Of a stretch of DNA of 64,000 nt, positions 20,079 through 28,472 are shown piece by piece. The first letter of the stretch is position 1. Each line of letters opens with the position of its first letter. The notes beneath the pieces were generated by a model. The model ran no database searches. It saw nothing but the letters and a program-made list of their open reading frames with translations, and was not told the origin of the DNA. Position numbers and translations under genes: made by a program. The DNA lies in the NCBI GenBank assembly GCA_963733295.1, contig CAVTCS010000003.1, positions 1,792,001 to 1,856,000 of the forward strand, given 5' to 3'. This DNA comes from Vulcanimicrobiota bacterium. Its GTDB lineage: Bacteria; Vulcanimicrobiota; Vulcanimicrobiia; Vulcanimicrobiales; Vulcanimicrobiaceae.

Positions 20079-21668
20079 CTACGGCCTCATCTTGCTGACG
20101 TCGTAGTTCGAGCCGAGCGCGAAGAGATAGGCCTGCTCGGCTTGCCGCAAGGCGTAGACCGCGTTGACCTGCGCGCCGAGCGCCGTCGTGAGCCCGACCT
20201 GGGCGTTCAGCAAGAGCGGCAAGGTAGTGACGCCGGCCCGGTACTGCGCCTGCGTGGCCTGGAGGACCACCAGAGCCGTGGTGTAGGAAACTTGGGCCTG
20301 ATCGAGCGCCGCGCTGGCGCTGACGAGGTTCGAGAGCGCCTGCTTGACCGACAGCTGCACCGAAAGCAGCGAGGTCTGCAGGTTTGCTGCCGCGATGTCG
20401 AGCTGCGCCTTGGCTTGCGCGGAGTTGGCGGCGCGGACGCCTTGGTCGAAGAGTGGTATCGTTAGCGCGGCCCCGACGGTGCTGCTGTTGCGGTAGGCGC
20501 CGCCGCCGGGATTGGTCGAGCCGGTACCGGTCTCTCCGGTTCCGTTCAACGTCGGGAAGTTCGTCAAGCGAGCTTCTTTGAGACTGTATTCGGCCGCCGT
20601 GTAGTTTTGAAGCGCGCTGGCGTAATCCGGCCGCAGCAGGAGCGCGCGCTTGATCGCGACGTCGTAAGGTTGAATCGGTACCGTCGAAACGGGGCTGTTG
20701 GTGAAGACCGGCGCGTCATCGATCGGCTGGATGTTGTAACGCGCGTCGAGGCCCAACGTATTCGCAAACGACGCTTGAGCCGAAAGCTCGGCGCCTTGCG
20801 CTTGGATCAGCGCTAAACGTGCCTGCGCCGTCGCGACCTGCGCGGTTGCGATGTCGATCTTGGCTGCGGTTCCCGCCTGGACTTGCGCACGGATCAGGTT
20901 CTCTTGCACGACGTCCTGTTGCACGATCTCGACGTCGACTTGCACCGTGCGTTCTGCCGCGAGGTAATTGTAGTACGAGGCCGCGACGTTTTCAGCGACG
21001 GTTTGCAGCTGGAATAAGAACGAGTCGATGTCGGCCGAGTGCGTGTGCTGCGCCGCTTTGACGCTCGCCGCAAGATGGCCGCCGTCCCAGATCAATTGGG
21101 TGAGGGTCAGGTCGAGGCTGCTGGCGGTGAAGCTGCCGATACCGGCGCGCGTGGCCGAACCCGATCCGCCGGTCGTGCTCAGCGCGCCGAATTGCTGGAC
21201 GGACCGCGAAATATTGGCCGAGCCGGACAAGTCCGGATTGAAACCGGTCGCTGCGAGCTGCGCTTCGGCCGCCGCCACGTTGGCGTTGCCCCGCGCAATT
21301 GCCAGCGAGGGCGATCGCGCAAAACCGATCGCCTGCGCTTGCGAAAGCGAAATCTTGTTCGGAAGGCCGGAATCAGGTCCGGGCACGACTCCCTGGACGC
21401 CCGGGACGGGAGTCCCGTAGGCGGGATACGGCAAGGGCGAGCCTTCGCCCGCGGGCGCGAGCGTCGCCACCGCGTAAGGCGTCGGCACCCCGGCGGGCAG
21501 GTTTCCAAAGCCCGGCGGGGTCGCAACCACTTGCGGCGACGAGGTCGCCTGCGCCACGACGGGATGCGCCGCATCCGAGGGCGCTCCCAACAAGGCAATC
21601 GCGAACACGGCCACCGGCGTCGCGATGGTCAGCGCCGTCCGAAGGCGGCGTACGGTCAGAAAGTTCAC
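20079..21668 (-). CDS. TolC-family outer membrane efflux protein
   Basis: Two OEP-like halves (LTQLIWDGG, LTIPLFDQG), YRAGVTTLPLLL; Pro-rich N-terminal extension. Confidence 0.85.
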   Translation of the reverse strand: MNFLTVRRLRTALTIATPVAVFAIALLGAPSDAAHPVVAQATSSPQVVATPPGFGNLPAGVPTPYAVATLAPAGEGSPLPYPAYGTPVPGVQGVVPGPDSGLPNKISLSQAQAIGFARSPSLAIARGNANVAAAEAQLAATGFNPDLSGSANISRSVQQFGALSTTGGSGSATRAGIGSFTASSLDLTLTQLIWDGGHLAASVKAAQHTHSADIDSFLFQLQTVAENVAASYYNYLAAERTVQVDVEIVQQDVVQENLIRAQVQAGTAAKIDIATAQVATAQARLALIQAQGAELSAQASFANTLGLDARYNIQPIDDAPVFTNSPVSTVPIQPYDVAIKRALLLRPDYASALQNYTAAEYSLKEARLTNFPTLNGTGETGTGSTNPGGGAYRNSSTVGAALTIPLFDQGVRAANSAQAKAQLDIAAANLQTSLLSVQLSVKQALSNLVSASAALDQAQVSYTTALVVLQATQAQYRAGVTTLPLLLNAQVGLTTALGAQVNAVYALRQAEQAYLFALGSNYDVSKMRP

Positions 21669-21671
21669 GCG

Positions 21672-22946
21672 TTAGTGCTGCGCTTTCCCCGGCGGAGGGC
21701 CGCCGATCGCCACGACGCTACCGTCTTGGAGCGCGTCGGGCCGCGTCGTGATTACGACGGTGCCCGGATCAATCTTGCCGCCGCGGACTTCGCTGAGAGT
21801 ATCTGTCTGTAATCCCAGCTGAACCGGGACCGCTTTTGCCTTCCCGTCGACCACCGTGTAGACGTTGGCGCCTTGATCGGTCTGAAAGACCGCGGTGCGC
21901 GGCACGACGACGGCGTTCTTGTGAAGCTGCTTCTGAACCGTGACGGTTACCAGCATGCCGCCGCGCAAGGTGCTGTCCGGATTGGGTTGGCGCACCCGCG
22001 CGCGATACGAGAGCGTGCCGGTCGTCGGAATCGCGTTGACGTCGGTGATCCTTCCATGGAACGTGCGGCCGGGCAAGCTCGGCGAACTGAAGCTGATCGG
22101 CGTTCCCGGGCGGACGTACGAGAGCCCTTCGTCAGGAACGTTGGCGTTGACGTACACCGGATTGAGCTGTGAGACGCGGACGACCGCTTGGTTCGGGCCG
22201 GCGAACGCGCCGGGATCCAACAGCCGCGCCGTCACGACGCCGTCGAACGGCGCGTAGATCGACGACTGCGCGATCTGCGTGCGCAAGAGATCGACGTTGG
22301 CTTCCGCGGCCTGCAAGGTTGCGCGGTTTTGCTGAATTGTCGCCTGATCGACTTGCGTGGACTGCAAACCGGCTTTCGCCGCGCGCAGCGCCGCTTCGTC
22401 GTTGGTGATCTGTTGCTGCGCTGCGACGTAGCTCGCGCGCGCCTGCTCCATCGTCGTCTGCGAGACGTAGCCTTGCGTGACCAGCTGCGCGTTGCTCTTG
22501 TAGACGAGTTGCGCGTTGGCGAGCGCGGCCTTGTCGCTGGCGAGTTTGGCCTCGGCCTGACTGACGGTGGTCGTATACTGCTGCGAGGAGATCGGCGCTT
22601 GAACCACCGAGCCCGTGACCTTCGAAACCGACTGCGCCACCGTCGCCTCGTTGGCGGCGAGCTGCGCGCGCAGCTGCGAGTCGTCGAGCTTGGCCAGCAG
22701 CTCGCCCTTGTGAACCACGTCGCCTTCGTTCACGTAGACGCCCGCCAGCGTGCCGGATTGGCTCGAGGCCAGGGTCGAGTCGAGGAAGGGCATGATCTGA
22801 CCGTCGAGGGTCATGTAGGTCGCGATATCGCGCTGCGACGCCTTAGCAACGTCGACGGCAAGGGCGGGGGGTGCCTGCTGGTGACCCTTGCCGCCACATC
22901 CGCTCGCCAGCACGGCCGCGAGCAGTGCAAAAGCGCGAATCCTCAT
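21672..22946 (-). CDS. Efflux membrane-fusion (periplasmic adaptor) lipoprotein
   Basis: ASGC lipobox after ATG at 22946; VNEGDVVHKGELLAKLD, coiled-coil hairpin, IYAPFDGVV, LRGGM. Confidence 0.9.
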   Translation of the reverse strand: MRIRAFALLAAVLASGCGGKGHQQAPPALAVDVAKASQRDIATYMTLDGQIMPFLDSTLASSQSGTLAGVYVNEGDVVHKGELLAKLDDSQLRAQLAANEATVAQSVSKVTGSVVQAPISSQQYTTTVSQAEAKLASDKAALANAQLVYKSNAQLVTQGYVSQTTMEQARASYVAAQQQITNDEAALRAAKAGLQSTQVDQATIQQNRATLQAAEANVDLLRTQIAQSSIYAPFDGVVTARLLDPGAFAGPNQAVVRVSQLNPVYVNANVPDEGLSYVRPGTPISFSSPSLPGRTFHGRITDVNAIPTTGTLSYRARVRQPNPDSTLRGGMLVTVTVQKQLHKNAVVVPRTAVFQTDQGANVYTVVDGKAKAVPVQLGLQTDTLSEVRGGKIDPGTVVITTRPDALQDGSVVAIGGPPPGKAQH

Positions 22947-23070
22947 CGAAAAACCTCTCTTGGCGGACGCTTGGTCCGGCCTCACTCGGGTACTACGCGG
23001 TTTCGGTCCGATTTGATTCACCGATTCACCCAGGCGGGAGGCCTGGGATTCCCGGAGTATGTGACCCGCC

Positions 23071-23466
23071 ATGGGGGCCAAAGTCGAGCTCGGCCGGCGG
23101 TATCAGAGCCAAACTCGCGTTGAAGAATGGATGACTGCGGAAAAAGCCGGCAACAAAGGGGTCGACGTGCTCTCGACGCCGATGCTGATCCAACTGATCG
23201 AAGCCGCCGCGGTCCAGTGTCTCGCGCCGACCCTCTCGGACGCCGAAGTATCGCTCGGGGCGCACATCGATCTCGCGCACGTCGCGCCGACGCCGGTCGG
23301 CTTGATCGTTCGAACCGAAGTCGAGATCATCGGCGTCGACGGCCGCCGGATTCAGTTCGCGGTGACGGCGTTTGACGAACGCGAGAAGATTGCCGAAGGC
23401 ACGCACGAACGCTACGTCATCGACCGTCCCAAGTTTCTCGCGAACCTCGAAGAGAAACTAAGCTAG
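23071..23466 (+). CDS. Hot-dog-fold thioesterase (fluoroacetyl-CoA thioesterase FlK-like)
   Basis: VLSTPMLIQLIEAAA, HVAPTPVG, GTHERYVI. Confidence 0.85.
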   Translation: MGAKVELGRRYQSQTRVEEWMTAEKAGNKGVDVLSTPMLIQLIEAAAVQCLAPTLSDAEVSLGAHIDLAHVAPTPVGLIVRTEVEIIGVDGRRIQFAVTAFDEREKIAEGTHERYVIDRPKFLANLEEKLS

Positions 23467-23876
23467 CAGCGAGCGGTCGGCCGGGCGCAGCACGAGCGGG
23501 CCCGACGAAAACTCTCACGGCCGTACGCGGGTGATGAAAACTTCCTTCGCGCGATTCTTTGTATGGTTACGAACAATCACGCATCCCTCCTCGCAAACCT
23601 GGCGATGGATGCCTCGCTTGGCAGAGATATCGACCAAAGTCACACCAATTTCGCAGTAAAATCCGCTATTTTAATGGTTAGGACGCGCAACCACTGGCTA
23701 CGTTGCGTCGTTCATGTGTCAGGGCGCTCATTCCAGGCTGCGCGCAAGCGTGGCTGGCGGAACAAGTTCCGCGGAAGCGCGCCCGTCGTGAAAACTTAGA
23801 CCGTGCGCGGCAGGCCGGTTTCGGCTCGTCCCCGCGCGGGTAAGAACGCGCAGACTATCTTTAGGAGGTTAACGAT

Positions 23877-25160
23877 TTGAATCGACTCGTAACGCGATTC
23901 GCTGCTGGTGTGGCGACCGCCGCGTTCGGGATCGTCGCGCTGGCAGTCAGCTCTGCCGGCCCGGCTCAGGCTCAACCGGCCCCCCAGTTCGGCTCACCGC
24001 CGTCCGGCGAAGTCCCGATCCTCTACAACGACCAACACGTTTACTCGAAGCCCGATAGACTGAAGCAAGGAAGACTCCTGGCCGCTTTGGTGCGTGGGAA
24101 CACCGTCCTTGTACCGCTCCGTTCGATGTTCGAGCAAATGGGCGCTACGGTTTCCTGGAACCCGTCGACCAAGACCGTCGACGTTTCTAAGCCCGGCGCC
24201 GACGTTCAGGTAACGGTCGGAAAGCCGGAAGTCACCATCAACGGCGAGAGCCGTCCGCTCGACGTTCCACCCGAAATCTACAAGGGTTCGGTCGTCGTTC
24301 CGGTTCGCGTCATTTCCGAAGGCATGGGCGCCTACGTTCTGTGGGTTCCTGAGAAACGCGTCGTCGTCGTGCGGTACATCCCGCCGACCCCGCCGCCGAC
24401 TCCTCCGCCGGCCCCACCGCCGCCGCCGCCGCCACCGCCACCGGTCGTAACGCCGCCGCCACCGCCGCCACCGACCCCGACTCCCAAGCCGAAGGCGCAA
24501 TTCGAGGCCTTCGTCGCGGGCGACGCGCTGTTCTCACCTAAGGTGTACAACGAGCTCAGCGCCGGACAACGCGGCGACACCTCACTCGGCGCACGTCTAG
24601 GCGCCACGTTCGGCATCGGAAGCCTCGCGTTCTTGGCCGAACTCCAGTACCAACAGTACATCTACGCGCACGTTGCCGGAGGGGCCGGATGCCCTGGCGA
24701 TCCAGGCTGCGTGACCGTCATCGGAAACACGGGTCAGACCTTCGTGCCGGCATTCACCGCCATCAACAACACGGATGACGGCCGTATCGGTATCGGAGCC
24801 TACAGAAGCTTCTACATCGTGGGAAGCTACGAGAACAACTACAACAACTTCGGCTACCCGCACCTCACGGGCGTCGGATTCGGTATCGAGAAGGTGGCCA
24901 ACTACGACCACTTCATCGATTACTTCGGTAGCTTCTTGTACTACCCGCAGATTAGCGGCAACTTCACCGACCCGTCAGGCAACAGCCTCCAGCTCCAGTA
25001 CGTGTACTACAAGTACCAGGGTGGTATCGACATCTCGATTCCGAGGACGCCGATCTTCATTGAAGGCGGCATCGTCGGAGACCATGGTATACCGAAACAG
25101 AACGCTCCCTCGGTCACGACCGATCACGGCGTGTTCGCAGGAGTCGGTATCCACTTCTAA
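23877..25160 (+). CDS. Copper amine oxidase N-terminal (stalk) domain + Pro-rich linker + probable outer-membrane beta-barrel
   Basis: RBS AGGAGG, signal peptide, VLVPLRSMFEQMGATVSW, VPVRVISEGMGA, poly-Pro linker, aromatic-rich strands ending GVGIHF. Confidence 0.8.
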   Translation: MNRLVTRFAAGVATAAFGIVALAVSSAGPAQAQPAPQFGSPPSGEVPILYNDQHVYSKPDRLKQGRLLAALVRGNTVLVPLRSMFEQMGATVSWNPSTKTVDVSKPGADVQVTVGKPEVTINGESRPLDVPPEIYKGSVVVPVRVISEGMGAYVLWVPEKRVVVVRYIPPTPPPTPPPAPPPPPPPPPPVVTPPPPPPPTPTPKPKAQFEAFVAGDALFSPKVYNELSAGQRGDTSLGARLGATFGIGSLAFLAELQYQQYIYAHVAGGAGCPGDPGCVTVIGNTGQTFVPAFTAINNTDDGRIGIGAYRSFYIVGSYENNYNNFGYPHLTGVGFGIEKVANYDHFIDYFGSFLYYPQISGNFTDPSGNSLQLQYVYYKYQGGIDISIPRTPIFIEGGIVGDHGIPKQNAPSVTTDHGVFAGVGIHF

Positions 25161-25184
25161 CCCCGGATAGTCCGGCAACAAACC

Positions 25185-25227
25185 AAGGGCCCCGTCCTTT
25201 CTCAGAAAGGGCGGGGCTCTTTCGTTT
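25185..25227 (+). terminator. Rho-independent terminator
   Basis: 17-bp stem AAGGGCCCCGTCCTTTC / GAAAGGGCGGGGCTCTT (two G-U pairs), 3-nt loop, followed by TCGTTT. It lies 25 nt after the stop. Confidence 0.75.
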
Positions 25228-25267
25228 GGGTAGGCGCGCGCCGCAGCATCGTCGTAGTTCGCCCGGT

Positions 25268-26563
25268 ATGAAGGCGATACGGTTTCTCGCGTTGGCCTCC
25301 GTTGCATTGCTGGCAATCCCCGGACTCAGGCACCCCGCGCTGGCTCAGACGCCGAGCGGAGATTTCGGCTCCCCGCCATCGGGCGAGGTGCCGCTGCTTT
25401 TCAACGACCGGCACGTCTACGCGAAACCCGACCGTCAGAAATCGAATCGCGTGCTGGCCGCGCTCGTTCGCAACGGAACGATCCTCGTGCCGCTGCGCTC
25501 GATGTTCGAAGCGATGGGCGCGACCGTCACCTACGACGCCGCCACCAAGAGCGTCGACGTCTCGAAGGCCGGTGCCGACGTCAAGCTGACGCTCGACCAA
25601 CCGCAAGTCACGATCAACGGAGAGGTTCGTCCGCTCGACGTCCCGGCGATGATGTATCGCGGCACGATCGTCGTGCCCGTGCGCGTGATCTCCGAAGGGA
25701 TGGGCGCGTACGTCTTGTGGGTCGCCGAGAAACGGCTCGTCGTCGTGCGCTACATTCCGCCCGCGCCGCCGTCGCCGCCGCCGGCCCCACCGCCGCCGCC
25801 GCCGACACCCGCTCCGACGCCGATCGTGACCGCGCCACCGCTGCCCACACCGACGGCACCGCCTCCGCCGAAGAAGCCTTCACCCTACGAGCACTACATC
25901 GTGGGCGACTACCTTATCTCACCCAAGGTGTATAACGAATTCAGTCCCGGCAACACCGGTTCGAACGCGTTCCGTCTGGCGAGCGCGCTCGAGTTTCCGC
26001 TCTTCGGCTTTCCGTGGGAAGTCGGCGAAGATTACCGCGCTTTCTCGTATCCGCACAACGCCGGAGCACCGCCGTCGAGCTGTCCGCAGATCGGAAACCA
26101 AGGCTGCGTAAACGTCATCGGCGGTCAAGGGAAACAGAACTACGTGCCGGCGTTCAGCGCACGCGAAAGCGACGTCGATCTGCAAGTCGGCGCGAAGCTG
26201 GCCGACCCGCGCGTGTATCTCGACTTCGGCTACTTGACCCGTTGGAGCAACTACGGCTATCCGCGTGAAACCGGCATCGGGATCGGGCTCAACAAGCTAC
26301 CGGATCTCGACCACACGTTCTCCACGTACGCGAGCTTCTTCTACTATCCGTCAATCCAAGGCACCTATACCACCGGAAGCGGCGCGTCCGACGTGCTCGA
26401 CTACATCGTGATCAAGTGGGCCGTCGGTGCGACCTTGACGATTCCGAAATTCCCGGTGTATTTGGATGTGGGCTATCTCGGAGAGAACGGAGCGGGACGC
26501 AAGTCCGCGCCCGCGGGTTATTCCTACGCCGGCCCGTACGCGGGGCTCGGCATCCACTTCTAG
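25268..26563 (+). CDS. Paralog of 23877-25160: stalk domain + Pro-rich linker + probable beta-barrel
   Basis: Shares FGSPPSGEVP.L.ND.HVY.KPDR and VPVRVISEGMGAYVLWV; ends GLGIHF. Confidence 0.8.
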   Translation: MKAIRFLALASVALLAIPGLRHPALAQTPSGDFGSPPSGEVPLLFNDRHVYAKPDRQKSNRVLAALVRNGTILVPLRSMFEAMGATVTYDAATKSVDVSKAGADVKLTLDQPQVTINGEVRPLDVPAMMYRGTIVVPVRVISEGMGAYVLWVAEKRLVVVRYIPPAPPSPPPAPPPPPPTPAPTPIVTAPPLPTPTAPPPPKKPSPYEHYIVGDYLISPKVYNEFSPGNTGSNAFRLASALEFPLFGFPWEVGEDYRAFSYPHNAGAPPSSCPQIGNQGCVNVIGGQGKQNYVPAFSARESDVDLQVGAKLADPRVYLDFGYLTRWSNYGYPRETGIGIGLNKLPDLDHTFSTYASFFYYPSIQGTYTTGSGASDVLDYIVIKWAVGATLTIPKFPVYLDVGYLGENGAGRKSAPAGYSYAGPYAGLGIHF

Positions 26564-27498
26564 GGAGACCCTTGCTCCGCGGCGTGGAGCGCTGCCATGA
26601 CGGTCGCGGTCGTGAAGATCCGGCGGTCGTCGCTCGCGATTTCGCTCTGACGAAAGCGGCGGTCTCCAAGTGCGGACGAAAGCGGATCGGTGATCCGCAG
26701 GATGGGGGCGCTGGGCCAACTGCCATCCGCGTTCTGACGGGCCGCGAGGCGCCGTGAGATCGCGCCGCGGCGGGCCGCCCCCATCTCCAAAAGGACGGCA
26801 ATTTCAAGCGCGAGCGCTTCGTGAAAGCATGAGACCCCACTCGAAAGGTCGCAGCGTGAAAGTGCAAAGCGCGGCGCTCCGCCATCCTCCCGCTGCAGCC
26901 GCAAGAGTTCGTTCGCGAGATAGAGCGGTGACGGCCACCAATACGCAGCGGTGCTCGACGTTTCGCGCACGTAGGCGGCGAGCCGCGCGCGGCCCTTCCG
27001 AAGGATCACGTGCCCGGCGGGCAGGACGCCCGACAACGCGCGAAGCGCGACGACGGTCACGTCCGGATGTCCGGCGCACCAGCCGGGCCGGCCTTCGGAG
27101 GCGCGGTACGTTGCGAAATCGCCCGAGTCGAGTTGAAATTTGGCGAGCGCCGCGTAGTCACGGAGCGGTACTTCGTCGCCGATCGCGCGCAAGAAAAGAA
27201 TTGCACGGGCCGTCGAGTCCGCGTCGGGAGCGCAGCGCGTGTTGTAACCCCACCCGCCGCGCGGATCGCGTGCCGCGTTGATGAAGCTGCGCGCGCCGGC
27301 GAGCGCGGGAGCGGCGTCGACGCAACGAAGGGCACCGGCGACGCGAAGCAGGCTCGCGCCGACGTACGCGGTTACCCAGGCTTCGGAGCGGCCGGGTTTC
27401 AGCTGGAAATCACGCCAGGCTCCGTCCGCGTCCTGTGCCGCGACGACAAAGCTCGCGGCGTTCTCGACCGGCTCGTCGAGGGTTAGCGCGCTCTGCAT
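26560..27498 (-). CDS. Prenyltransferase/squalene-cyclase repeat (alpha-alpha barrel) protein
   Basis: QW-like repeats AQDADGAW, RDPRGGWGY, QLDSGDF and RQNADGSWP; PDADST acidic motif. Confidence 0.75.
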   Translation of the reverse strand: MQSALTLDEPVENAASFVVAAQDADGAWRDFQLKPGRSEAWVTAYVGASLLRVAGALRCVDAAPALAGARSFINAARDPRGGWGYNTRCAPDADSTARAILFLRAIGDEVPLRDYAALAKFQLDSGDFATYRASEGRPGWCAGHPDVTVVALRALSGVLPAGHVILRKGRARLAAYVRETSSTAAYWWPSPLYLANELLRLQREDGGAPRFALSRCDLSSGVSCFHEALALEIAVLLEMGAARRGAISRRLAARQNADGSWPSAPILRITDPLSSALGDRRFRQSEIASDDRRIFTTATVMAALHAAEQGSP

Positions 27499-28472
27499 AG
27501 CGTGGAGAGCGCCGCCCCGCTTATACCGACGCGCACCTCGACGCGCCCGCCGGTCGTCGCGCTCACTCCGACGGTGCCGTGATCGGGAAGTTCCGCGACG
27601 GGGACCGAGCCGAGCAAATCGCGGTACGTCGATGCCGGCTTGCCGGCGCTCCGCTCGTGCTCGAGAAAAAACTCGCGAACTCGTCCGACGTTCCCGAGCG
27701 AGCGAGACCGCGCGAACAGCGTCAGCAGCGGTTCTGGGTCGTCCGAAAGCGGCGTGATGCTATAGCCGAAGTTGATCCAGCGAAGAGCGGTGCGGGCCGG
27801 CACGTTGCACAGCGCTACGAACGCTTCAAGCACCGCGCCGCGACGCTCGCTTTGGAAGTGACCTCGCAGCAGCCGGTCGACATCGAGGAGACCGTGCATC
27901 GGCGGCTGGCGGAAATAGTATTCATACGTGCCGGTCCCGCAGTCGTAGCCGAGCATGATCAAGCGACTGTCCGGCGTCATGCGAAAGCGCTCCGCGCCGG
28001 CGGCAGCACCGCTGTTCTCCGGAAGCTCCAGATAGAGCTTGAACCGATCGGCGCGCTCACCTTGGCGGACGCCGAACCAGGCTCCCCAGCGCAGCGCTTT
28101 GCCGGTTTGAAGCGAGTGCCAGAACTCGAGCGCTTCGTGCGGCGGCGTTACGTCACCGAGCAGCCGGCAGAGTTCGACCGCGGCGCCGGCCCGAACGTGC
28201 GCAGCGAGTTCCGGGCCGCCCACTTCGATCGTATACCGTAACCGGTCGTCGCTGCTGGAGAAAGCGAGTTCGACGGGACTGCCATCGCCGTTCAAAGCGC
28301 TGAAATTCCACGCGGCGGCGGGTTGCGTCGATTCTTCGAAGCGCCGCAGACACCGAGCGAGCCCCTGCGCGATCCTCGCGGCTGACGCCGGCGAGCCGCC
28401 GCGAGCGGCCGCACCTCGCGCCGCATCCACGATGGTTCGCGCAGGACTCTCCAGCAGCGCCGTTTCGCTCAA
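27483..28472 (-). CDS. Putative aromatic prenyltransferase-like protein (ABBA/DMATS-like)
   Basis: LNGDGSPVELAFS...LRYTIEV and WFGV...FKLYLE resemble the D-x-[ST]-P-x-E, R-x-x-x-E and K-x-Y elements of DMATS-type enzymes. TTG start overlaps the upstream stop. Family call is tentative. Confidence 0.5.
   Translation of the reverse strand: MSETALLESPARTIVDAARGAAARGGSPASAARIAQGLARCLRRFEESTQPAAAWNFSALNGDGSPVELAFSSSDDRLRYTIEVGGPELAAHVRAGAAVELCRLLGDVTPPHEALEFWHSLQTGKALRWGAWFGVRQGERADRFKLYLELPENSGAAAGAERFRMTPDSRLIMLGYDCGTGTYEYYFRQPPMHGLLDVDRLLRGHFQSERRGAVLEAFVALCNVPARTALRWINFGYSITPLSDDPEPLLTLFARSRSLGNVGRVREFFLEHERSAGKPASTYRDLLGSVPVAELPDHGTVGVSATTGGRVEVRVGISGAALSTLCRAR

Noticed and set aside
23467..23876. 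Riboswitch or ncRNA in the long region upstream of the stalk/barrel gene; 78-aa ORF 23563-23799
   Set aside because: GC hairpins are present, but I could not match a known riboswitch consensus, and the ORF lacks RBS or coding features. An Rfam search would settle it.
24381..24492. CCG-rich tandem repeat as a contingency locus (also ~25756-25880)
   Set aside because: Explained by poly-proline linkers; triplet changes would not shift the frame.
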